A program made the translations under genes and the position numbers. DNA of 64,000 nt, taken from the IMG/VR virus record IMGVR_UViG_3300046517_001084. One strand, given 5' to 3'. This document shows positions 28,002 through 35,480 of the stretch, piece after piece; the stretch's first letter is position 1; every line of letters starts with the position of its first letter. The notes below the pieces were generated by a model. That model was given only the letters and a program-made list of their open reading frames with translations, was not told the origin of the DNA and did no database searches. The DNA is from an uncultured virus (IMG/VR IMGVR_UViG_3300046517_001084). Taxonomy: Duplodnaviria > Heunggongvirae > Uroviricota > Caudoviricetes.

Positions 28002-29651
28002 CTACCCGAACCCATGAACCCGGCCCGTCCGGACCCGCTTCTTCTGCGCCTTCGCCCAGTCCGGCGACGCCAACAACGCCCTGCGCGCCATGTCCGCCAA
28101 CTGCATCGCCGCGAAGGCGTCCACCTTCTTAGGGCTCTCCCTGCTCTCCTTACCGAAGGACACACCCCAACGATTGGGGCGACGCCGGCAGTTACCGACA
28201 TGCCGGGCCAGCACCGGGTGCCCGGTGTGCGGCAGACGGCCGTCCTCGATGGCCTGCACCAGAGCCTCAGTCGCCAAGGTCAATTCCTGCTGGCGGCCCC
28301 GCATGTCCCAGCCCACCGCCGACTTCGGTGAGGCCCGCACCACGAGCTCGTCCCGGTAAGTCTCGGTCCATTCGTCGATGTATGACTCCCACAGCTTGAC
28401 GTCGGCGAAGAACGCCCGAACGTTCCACCGGCCGAACGCGTGCGCCACCATGTCGGAGACCTGCTTGCGGTCGACCTCCCAGCCCTTGGCCGCCGGACCG
28501 TCCGGGCGCTCCCAGATCCCCAGCGGCTGAACCAGACGGTCCGACAGCCGCATCGCAATCAACGCGGTGGCATCGTCAGTCTTGCCGCCGTCGAACCCGA
28601 GCACGATGTCATCGCCGTCCTCCAGCCGATGCTCCGAGGCGCACTTGGCCCAGTCGCCAGGGTCCAGCAGGGCGTCCTCGGCAGCCACTGGCTGGTTCAG
28701 CCAGTACCGGCGCGAATCCGACGGCGCCGACTGCGGATCCCAGATCTCGGCGATGATGCCGTCCAGATCCATCCAGTCCGCAGCCGGCCCGTAGGCCGCC
28801 TTCAGCCCGGCAAGCAGGGCATCGCGGTCCGCGAGATCCGTACCGTCCGGAGCCTGCCGGTGATCGAAGAGCAGGCCAGCCGCGTCCGCGTCCCTGATCC
28901 GGCCCTCACGAATCGCCTTGTAGTAGGTGTGGGTGGCCTCGGCCACCGAGTCCTGGCCAGGCTCGTACATCGTCGACGTCTCAAGGCACCACGGCTCAGC
29001 CTCTTTGCGCTTCCTCAAGTTCCGGCGGACCGTGCCGTGCATCCTGCGCAGCTCCGGCAGGACGTACAGGTGCGTTTCGTCGAAGACGGCGAAAGTCTCC
29101 TTGCCGCCGTCCTTGGCGGCCGAGCTGGCCGTGGACGGGGTGATCTCGCCGCGCTGCTGGTGCAGGACGATCCTCGACGACGTCTGCGCCGACTTGCCGA
29201 TGTCGATGCCCGGAAAGTCGTCGCCATGGTGCTCGACGAGGTGCTCCAGCATCGTCGAGACATTGTCGTAAGTATTGCCCGACTGTCCCTCTTCCGTGGC
29301 CAGACAGCGGATGAACGGCGACCTGACCGGCCGCCCGACCGGCTCCCCGTCCGCGTCCCAACCAGCGAACCGCACCGGGAAGAGCGCCTCGGCGACCACC
29401 AGCATCCCGGCCAGCTCCGACTTCGCCCGGCCCTTCGCTCGGGACAGGAACACCCGGCGGTACATCCGTCGGCCCGTTTCCGGGTCCAGCCGGTAGGCCT
29501 TGACGATGAACGCGTAGAACTCGTCGTCCAGCTCGATCGGATCGCCTATCACATCACCGGGGCCGTGGCACAGGTACTCCTCGATGTGCCGGACGATCTC
29601 GTGACCGAGGGATGGGAACTCGCCTTCATACTGGGCACCGCGCCACGGCAT
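28002..29651 (-). CDS. terL: Terminase large subunit
   Basis: SRAKGRAKSE (Walker A), VFDETH (Walker B), LGFDGG..DD.TA and KVDA nuclease motifs. Confidence 0.93.
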   Translation of the reverse strand: MPWRGAQYEGEFPSLGHEIVRHIEEYLCHGPGDVIGDPIELDDEFYAFIVKAYRLDPETGRRMYRRVFLSRAKGRAKSELAGMLVVAEALFPVRFAGWDADGEPVGRPVRSPFIRCLATEEGQSGNTYDNVSTMLEHLVEHHGDDFPGIDIGKSAQTSSRIVLHQQRGEITPSTASSAAKDGGKETFAVFDETHLYVLPELRRMHGTVRRNLRKRKEAEPWCLETSTMYEPGQDSVAEATHTYYKAIREGRIRDADAAGLLFDHRQAPDGTDLADRDALLAGLKAAYGPAADWMDLDGIIAEIWDPQSAPSDSRRYWLNQPVAAEDALLDPGDWAKCASEHRLEDGDDIVLGFDGGKTDDATALIAMRLSDRLVQPLGIWERPDGPAAKGWEVDRKQVSDMVAHAFGRWNVRAFFADVKLWESYIDEWTETYRDELVVRASPKSAVGWDMRGRQQELTLATEALVQAIEDGRLPHTGHPVLARHVGNCRRRPNRWGVSFGKESRESPKKVDAFAAMQLADMARRALLASPDWAKAQKKRVRTGRVHGFG

Positions 29652-29659
29652 CGGACCCC

Positions 29660-30118
29660 CTACACGGCGTCCTCGCTGACGATCCGCAGGTTCTTGCGGC
29701 GGTCCGACGTCGACCGCGGCGTCTCCGGAGCGGCAGGCCGGTCAGCCGGAGTCTCGATCTTCAGCTTCAGGCGCATCCGGTCCTCCGGCGTAGCCCCGTA
29801 CTTCGCGGCCCGCAAACGCACCTCGGATGCGAACTCCCAGCGCCCCTTGGTCCACATGACGTGATGCAGGAGGGCCGTGTCGAGCAGGAAGTCCCAGTCG
29901 GTGGCGATGAACGTCTGGGCCTGCGGCGACCGCCGCCAGGTCTCCCACCACTGCACCGTCCGCAGATGCCACGACTCTTGGTCCGGCAGTACGCCCTCCG
30001 GCAATTCGGGCCCGCGGACTTCGTCGTCCGCCTCGACCCGCTGCATCTCCGCGTCCCGCGCCTTCGAATCCCGGGCCCGCGAACGCGTCTCCTTCGGAGC
30101 GAAACCACGACCAGCCAT
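29660..30118 (-). CDS. terS: Terminase small subunit
   Basis: MAGRG.APK, WW..WR.SPQA, E.RLR.AK.GATPEDR.RL motifs. Confidence 0.85.
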   Translation of the reverse strand: MAGRGFAPKETRSRARDSKARDAEMQRVEADDEVRGPELPEGVLPDQESWHLRTVQWWETWRRSPQAQTFIATDWDFLLDTALLHHVMWTKGRWEFASEVRLRAAKYGATPEDRMRLKLKIETPADRPAAPETPRSTSDRRKNLRIVSEDAV

Positions 30119-30132
30119 CAGGGATACCCCCT

Positions 30133-30735
30133 TCACAGCAAGTCGGCGATCACCTTCGACAGATCGGCCAGCTTCGACGGAGCGTCCTCGAACGGGCAAC
30201 GGGTGACGGTGATGTAGCGGCCCCGGTCGTACACCTCAACAGCCTTCTCGCCCTGGCGCAGCTTCCGGCCGCGGCCCACCTCGCCGTAGCCCCAGCAGTG
30301 CAGGCCGGTGCCCGACGGCGACACCTCGATATAAGTGGCCGGCAGTCGGTCCACGATCTCCCGCGCCCACGGCAGCAGTTCGCCGCCCACCAGGGCATGG
30401 TCGAGGTCGATGCATACGAGCCGGTCCTCGGCCGTCAGGACGAAGCCGAGTCCGGCGCCGGCCGTCGAACGGTCAGCAGTCTTGTGCGTTGCCCACGTTG
30501 ATGGGTCCGTCGACGAAGCCGCCATCACGTTCTGCCCGGTCACGGACAACGGGACCTTGCGGTCCGTGTGGCGGACCCACTGCCGGCGCCGCGTCATCGC
30601 CGAGGGCAGCGGATCAGCCGACCGCTTGCGCTCGACGTAGGCGGCGTTGCGGCAACGGCCGGAGCAGAACCGGGCGTTGTGGGCGTGCCGGGCGCCGAGG
30701 TGCTCCCGGCAGTGCTCGCAGCGTCGCGTCTTCAT
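30133..30735 (-). CDS. Stand-alone PrimPol (AEP)-like domain with N-terminal zinc finger
   Basis: C..C...FCS.RCR; S.TDPSTW; GLGFVL; IDLDH; EVSPSG.GLH; EVY..GRY.TVT. Confidence 0.8.
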   Translation of the reverse strand: MKTRRCEHCREHLGARHAHNARFCSGRCRNAAYVERKRSADPLPSAMTRRRQWVRHTDRKVPLSVTGQNVMAASSTDPSTWATHKTADRSTAGAGLGFVLTAEDRLVCIDLDHALVGGELLPWAREIVDRLPATYIEVSPSGTGLHCWGYGEVGRGRKLRQGEKAVEVYDRGRYITVTRCPFEDAPSKLADLSKVIADLL

Positions 30736-30737
30736 GG

Positions 30738-31046
30738 GATCAGGTTAGCCTCTTGCGTGACGCCAATCAATGGGTTGACCTGGGGAAACTTTGAGGATCC
30801 GACCCAACTTCCCTGTAGTGCGAAGTCGATCACCCAATGAGGCGACTAGAGAAACCGCAGGTCAGAGCTTGATCACAAAGACCCCAGTGTCGTGCGCACC
30901 GCGCCAAGCTAACGTGCCCGATCGTCAAATTAAGTTGATCTTGGAGGGACCCCCCAGGTGATCTTGAAAAGTTGGATCAAGAAAAGTTTGACCATGATCA
31001 ATCCAACCTTGATCATCAATTTCATGATCGTGAAGGTCGGTGGATC
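30738..31046. repeat. AT-richer non-coding region with 12 GATC sites; candidate packaging (pac/cos) region
   Basis: Hand count of GATC sites; lies between the packaging HNH and the terminase genes. Confidence 0.6.
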
Positions 31047-31191
31047 TTCAAGCTCCTCATCCCAAGCAGACACCCGACGTGGGCCGAAAGCACCTGCCTG
31101 CCCGGCTGGTCATGGTCACCGAGGTACCACCTCGACCATGCCGACGACCCGACACAAGCACGAGCCGACGCGGCCACAGCCACGACAGCAG

Positions 31192-31503
31192 CTACGGCAT
31201 CAGCCCAGGGTGTGCCTCCGCCGGCCTGGTGCGGGGCGGCTTGGCGTGGGCCACGGCGGACGCCTCACGCCCGGTCTTCTGGTCGTGATGCCACTGGCAG
31301 AGGGCCCACAGATTTGCTTCGCTGTGGTCGTCCACGCCTTGGGCTGCGTTGATTTTGTGGTCGACCTGGTTGGCCGGCTCCCCGCAGATTCCGCCGGTGA
31401 TGAGGGGCCATTGGCAGGCGTGCCTGTCGCGGCGCAGGATGCGGGCCCTGATCCGGGCCCAGCCTTTGGGTAGCGGGGCTGAGCGCCTGCCTTGGCTGGG
31501 CAT
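31192..31503 (-). CDS. Packaging-associated HNH endonuclease (HK97 gp74-like)
   Basis: W..IR..IL.RD...C...C...A.QVDH...DH...NL.ALC..HH..KT. Confidence 0.88.
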   Translation of the reverse strand: MPSQGRRSAPLPKGWARIRARILRRDRHACQWPLITGGICGEPANQVDHKINAAQGVDDHSEANLWALCQWHHDQKTGREASAVAHAKPPRTRPAEAHPGLMP

Positions 31504-31792
31504 CAGCCGTTGCCCTTGCTGTCGCCGCCGCGGGTGGCGCGGTGTGCTACTTCTTCGCCTGCCGCGTGGCCTGGCCTGGCGCCTGTGGCTCGCACGTGCA
31601 GGTTGGAGCAGAGGCCCTTCACGATGCTGGGGCTGACGTGCTTGCCGAGCTCGACGACACAGCGGTCGAAGCTAAGAAGTCGCCGGGAACTCCCCATTGG
31701 ATCTTTGCTGCGCCTTCGCCGTGCGCCCAATATTCCATCAGGCGTTCGGTTGCTGCGACGTCTCCTGGGGTTGCTTCACGTCCTGCGACCAT
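31503..31792 (-). pseudogene. Small phage gene frameshifted by an apparent 8-bp insertion
   Basis: MVAGREATP...YWAHGEGAAKIQWGVPGDF and DRCVVELGKHV..KGLCSNLH.RATG join into one 93-aa ORF if TTAGCTTC is removed; GAGGAGG RBS. Confidence 0.7.
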
Positions 31793-31829
31793 GTGGCATC
31801 ACCTCCTCTTCCGCTCGGCTGGAACGTCG

Positions 31830-32033
31830 TCAGCTCGGCGCCTGTCCGGGTTCGGTCGGCGGGTTGTCGACGCGCTGGATGGTGGCGCCGAGATCGTCGG
31901 GGAGGGCGTAGCAGAGGCCGGCTGCGTCGGAGAACAGGGCCCAGCCGTCTTGGAATTCGAGGGTGAGCTGGGGGTCTTCGATGACGACTTCTTCGCCTGC
32001 TTGTCCTGGCTGGCTGATGACGTAGGCGGGCAT
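31830..32033 (-). CDS. Small hypothetical protein, paralogue A
   Basis: MPAY...IED..LTL..Q..W.LF.D..G.C. Confidence 0.65.
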   Translation of the reverse strand: MPAYVISQPGQAGEEVVIEDPQLTLEFQDGWALFSDAAGLCYALPDDLGATIQRVDNPPTEPGQAPS

Positions 32034-32047
32034 GGCTGCGTCCTCCT

Positions 32048-32278
32048 TCAGCCGTTGATGAGCTTGAAGAGGTGGTCGGCAGAGGCTTCGTCGAGCGGTG
32101 GCCTGTCGGCGATGCGGGTGATGATCACGCCGAAGTGGGCTGGGATCACGGCGCAGGGGCCGTTCGAGTCAGCGAAGAGAACCCACTCGCCCTGGACGGT
32201 GAGCGTCAGATCGTCGCCTTCGACGATGCTGTCCCGGTGACGGTACTCGTGCGGGAAGGTCAACTGGTACGCAGGCAT
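32048..32278 (-). CDS. Small hypothetical protein, paralogue B
   Basis: MPAY...VE...LTL..Q..W.LF.D..G.C. Confidence 0.65.
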   Translation of the reverse strand: MPAYQLTFPHEYRHRDSIVEGDDLTLTVQGEWVLFADSNGPCAVIPAHFGVIITRIADRPPLDEASADHLFKLING

Positions 32279-32318
32279 GGGGTCCTCTCGCTTCGGTCCT
32301 TGCCCTGCCAGCCGCCAC

Positions 32319-32528
32319 TCATCGCTGCTCCTCGGTGTCGCGTCCACACCAAGAGCATCGGCGGTCTAGGCCGCGCCAGGGTTTGCCGTGCCGTCCTCGA
32401 CGGTGCAGGTAGCGCATCCGGGAGGCGTAGATGCGGGAGTGGACCGCTACGTAGACCCTGTGCAGGCCTCCGCCCTCACGCTTGAAGCTGGGGATGCACT
32501 GGTAGCAGAGGTCGAGGATGCGGGCCAT
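32319..32528 (-). CDS. Small basic hypothetical protein (H..H...C.WCG)
   Basis: AAGGAG RBS; 69 aa. Confidence 0.55.
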   Translation of the reverse strand: MARILDLCYQCIPSFKREGGGLHRVYVAVHSRIYASRMRYLHRRGRHGKPWRGLDRRCSWCGRDTEEQR

Positions 32529-32544
32529 GGCGCGGGCTCCTTGG

Positions 32545-33426
32545 TCAGGCTGTGAGTGCGCGCCTGATGCCTTCTTCGAGTTCGATCTTCGGCTGGTAGA
32601 CGTCGAGCATGCGCTTGGGGTCGCAGACGCGGTGGTGAACGCCCTGCGGCGCAGTCGCAAGGTGCTTGATCTCCGGCGTGTATCCGGCGGCCGCGGTTAC
32701 GAGGCCAGCGAGTTCGTCGAACGAGACCGCTCTGCCCCAGCCGAGGTTGATCGGCCCGTGCACGCCTTGGTCGACGGCTGCGAGGGTGGCGCCGACGAGG
32801 TCGTCGACGTGGATCCAGTCGCGTGTCGAGCTGCCGTCTCCCCACACCTCGAACGGATCCTGCCTGGCTCTGGCTCGGGCGATGAACGCCGGGAACGGGT
32901 AGGCCTCGTGCTGGTCCGTGCCGTAGCCGGAGAACGGCCTGAGCACCGTCATGCGCGTACCCTCGGCCGCCGCGTACTGGCAGAGCTGCTCCCCGGTCAG
33001 CTTGGCCAGTCCGTAGGTCGCGTCGGGCCGGCCGAGCTGCTCGTAATCGATGTCGTCCTCAACGAGCCGGCGGATGTCGCCGGGTTGCTGGAGCGCGACC
33101 GGGTAGGCGGCCGAGCTAGAGAAGTACACGGCGCGCGGCGTACCCGAGCGGGCGAGCCAGCGCATGTACCAGGCGTCGAGCGCCAGGTTTGTGGCGACTC
33201 CGAGCGGGGAGCCGTCGATGCTGGCCCGGCCTCCGACGATGGCCGCGCAGTGGATCGCAAGGTCGAAGTGCTCGCGATCCCGTAGGAAGAAGTCGAGGGC
33301 GTCTCTGCCATAGACGATCGGGGAGACGTTGAGGTCGATCGCAAGAACGTCGTCACCCCGCTCGCGCAGGGCCTGGTGCAGGTGACGGCCGACGAACCCG
33401 GCGGCACCGGTCAGGAGGACGCGCAT
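32545..33426 (-). CDS. NAD-dependent nucleotide-sugar epimerase/dehydratase
   Basis: TGAAGFVG (GxxGxxG), SSSAAY, YGLAK (YxxxK), RDWIHVDD. Confidence 0.92.
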   Translation of the reverse strand: MRVLLTGAAGFVGRHLHQALRERGDDVLAIDLNVSPIVYGRDALDFFLRDREHFDLAIHCAAIVGGRASIDGSPLGVATNLALDAWYMRWLARSGTPRAVYFSSSAAYPVALQQPGDIRRLVEDDIDYEQLGRPDATYGLAKLTGEQLCQYAAAEGTRMTVLRPFSGYGTDQHEAYPFPAFIARARARQDPFEVWGDGSSTRDWIHVDDLVGATLAAVDQGVHGPINLGWGRAVSFDELAGLVTAAAGYTPEIKHLATAPQGVHHRVCDPKRMLDVYQPKIELEEGIRRALTA

Positions 33427-33749
33427 CAGTCCTCCCCGCATTCGGTGGCAGTGTGCCAGAGGCCGTCGTGGACGGCTTCCTCTGGAAACCGTCTGACGGT
33501 TGGCGAGCTAGCCCAGTCGACGCGTTCACGGAAGTCATGGGCGTGGGACCCGAAGATCAGCAGGTCGGCGACCCATTCACCTTCGTAGCCGTTAGAGCAG
33601 CCGTCGTAGGGTTCGCGGCGCAGATGGTGCGGTAGCGAGGTGACGAACGCGGCGCGGCAGGGCGCTGTGGTGATCGTACCGTCGGCGTGCTGCGTAATAG
33701 CCGTGTGGTGGACGACGTCACCGACACGCACAGGGGGTTGGGCGTTCAT
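33426..33749 (-). CDS. Hypothetical phage protein
   Basis: P.VG.VVH...CRAA.VT...G.WH pattern; coupled to both neighbours. Confidence 0.6.
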   Translation of the reverse strand: MNAQPPVRVGDVVHHTAITQHADGTITTAPCRAAFVTSLPHHLRREPYDGCSNGYEGEWVADLLIFGSHAHDFRERVDWASSPTVRRFPEEAVHDGLWHTATECGED

Positions 33750-34342
33750 GCGGCTTTGACTGCCTTGTACACGCCCCACGGCAGCTCGCTGTCGACGGGC
33801 TCCAGGCCGATGCGGGTGCAGGCATCGGCCTGCTGCTCGCGGGACCAGGTCGTGACGCCGATCCAGTGGCTGGCTTCCGAAGGCTGGTCGCTGAGGGGCC
33901 AGTCGAGGACGAGCAGGCCGCCCAGCTTCGTCGCCGCTCGAAGCTTGGTGATGATGTCGAGGCAGTCGGCATAGCTGTGGTGGATGAGGACGGCGAGCGC
34001 ATACACGGCGTCCATGCGGCGCCGCCCGAGGTGCGCGGCAATGCCGTCGGCCGCAGCGTGCACGGTCGTTACGTCAGGGGCGCGGTCGGTGAGCCAGTCG
34101 AGCATCCGCTGCGACGAGTCGACGGCCGTCACCTCGTAGCCGAGCCCCGCCAGGGGGATGGCGACGCGGCCGTCGCCACAGCCGAAGTCCATGACCTTGG
34201 CGCTGGCGGGGATGACGGTGGCGAGCATGGCGGCCTGCTGCTGCCCGGACTCCCAGTACGCGTCTTCGGAAACGCGGCGGAGCGGGTGGATCGCGGCGGG
34301 GTCGGCCTGGTCCCAGGCCTGGATGACGTCAGCGGCAGTCAC
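33746..34342 (-). CDS. Class I SAM-dependent methyltransferase
   Basis: VMDFGCGDGR (motif I), VTAVDSS..ML, DAVYA..VLIH, GGLL. Confidence 0.9.
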   Translation of the reverse strand: MTAADVIQAWDQADPAAIHPLRRVSEDAYWESGQQQAAMLATVIPASAKVMDFGCGDGRVAIPLAGLGYEVTAVDSSQRMLDWLTDRAPDVTTVHAAADGIAAHLGRRRMDAVYALAVLIHHSYADCLDIITKLRAATKLGGLLVLDWPLSDQPSEASHWIGVTTWSREQQADACTRIGLEPVDSELPWGVYKAVKAA

Positions 34343-34467
34343 GGGGGCCTCCTCGTTGACTACGATGGTTCCGAAGGAGCATCGATCGGCAGATCACCGG
34401 TCGATCACCGGCGCCCCGCGCGAACCCGTGCTCCCGGGTTGGGTTGAACCCAGGGGCGCCACCAAGT

Positions 34468-35175
34468 TCAGCTCGCCTCGACGAGCAACCGGAGCTTCTC
34501 AAGGTCGGTGTCGAGGCCGCCCTCATCCCGGTAGGCGTAGTAGGCGGCGCTGTCGGCTCCGACCTGTTCGGGGCTGTTGCACTCCTCGTAGCCCTGATCT
34601 AGGTCCGCCTTGCCCGCCGCCGGGTGGAGGTGCTCGATGACCATGTCGTCGAGGTAGGTGATGCGTCCCATGCCCTTGCCCCACTCCAGCCACACAAGAT
34701 CCACGCACAGGTGCACGAATGCTGAGGGCGCCATGAATCCGAGCGTCGTGACGATGTCGGAGGTCATGGCGACGGCTGTGGGCATCTGCTCGCCCATCAG
34801 CAGGTCGTTGCCGTAGACGATGCCGGGGCCGCCGGACAGGCAGATGCGGATGCGGGCGTCCCAGGCCTGCTCGGCAACACGGGGCCGGTGATCATCGCCC
34901 ATGAATCCGAGGAACCGGTACTTCGATGCGGCCTTCACGGCCTGCTGGTTGAGCGTGCCCACCAGCCGACGCCGCTTCCCGAACACGAACCGCACCCGGC
35001 CGTCAGCCTTGTACGTGGCGGCGTGCGCCTTGTACCCGGCGAGCTCGGGGTCGTCGGTGTCCACGGCGAACAGGACGTCCGCGGTGGCGCCGGTGTCGTC
35101 CCACGCCTGCATGATCTCGGGGATCGCCTGCGGACGGCCGCGGGTCGGGATGATGACGAGCAGATCGTCGGCCAT
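34468..35175 (-). CDS. Glycosyltransferase, GT2/GT-A-like
   Basis: LVIIPTRGRP, VD.DDP, FMGDD (DxD-like), IEHLHP motifs. Confidence 0.8.
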   Translation of the reverse strand: MADDLLVIIPTRGRPQAIPEIMQAWDDTGATADVLFAVDTDDPELAGYKAHAATYKADGRVRFVFGKRRRLVGTLNQQAVKAASKYRFLGFMGDDHRPRVAEQAWDARIRICLSGGPGIVYGNDLLMGEQMPTAVAMTSDIVTTLGFMAPSAFVHLCVDLVWLEWGKGMGRITYLDDMVIEHLHPAAGKADLDQGYEECNSPEQVGADSAAYYAYRDEGGLDTDLEKLRLLVEAS

Positions 35176-35186
35176 GACGCCCCCTC

Positions 35187-35480
35187 TCAGATCACGCGGA
35201 TGCGGCCGGAGCGTTCGACGGGGGTCTCGGCTCCGGCGGTCCAGGTCGCCCACACCCAGTAGGTGCCGGGTGTCAGGGTGAGCGCGCCGCCGTCGGGACC
35301 GACCATGATGCGGGCGTACCCGGAGTGCCATTCGGCTGGATGCCAGTCCCCGCTCGCCGGGTCGCTGTTGCCTGCGAGGAACGCCATCTTCGGCGGATCC
35401 GTGAGCGTGACTGGGCTGCCGTCCGCGCTGGCCGTGACGGACACTTTGACGAACTCGGTGGACGTCGCTGCTAGGTCCAC
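35187..35480 (-). CDS. Small Ig-like structural/adaptor protein
   Basis: L.PG.Y.VW....AGAE.PV..SG.IRV; overlaps the end of the fibre gene. Confidence 0.6.
   Translation of the reverse strand: MDLAATSTEFVKVSVTASADGSPVTLTDPPKMAFLAGNSDPASGDWHPAEWHSGYARIMVGPDGGALTLTPGTYWVWATWTAGAETPVERSGRIRVI

Noticed and set aside
30958..31473. Plus-strand ORFs across the GATC-rich region
   Set aside because: No RBS, atypical composition, antisense to the HNH gene; better explained as non-coding
34383..34460. GATCACCGG duplicate and hairpin between GT2 and methyltransferase
   Set aside because: Only two short copies plus one stem; not enough to assign a function
32545..35175. Captured host polysaccharide or secondary-metabolite cluster
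   Set aside because: Genes are co-oriented, tightly coupled and interleaved with phage ORFs; no flippase, polymerase or transporter
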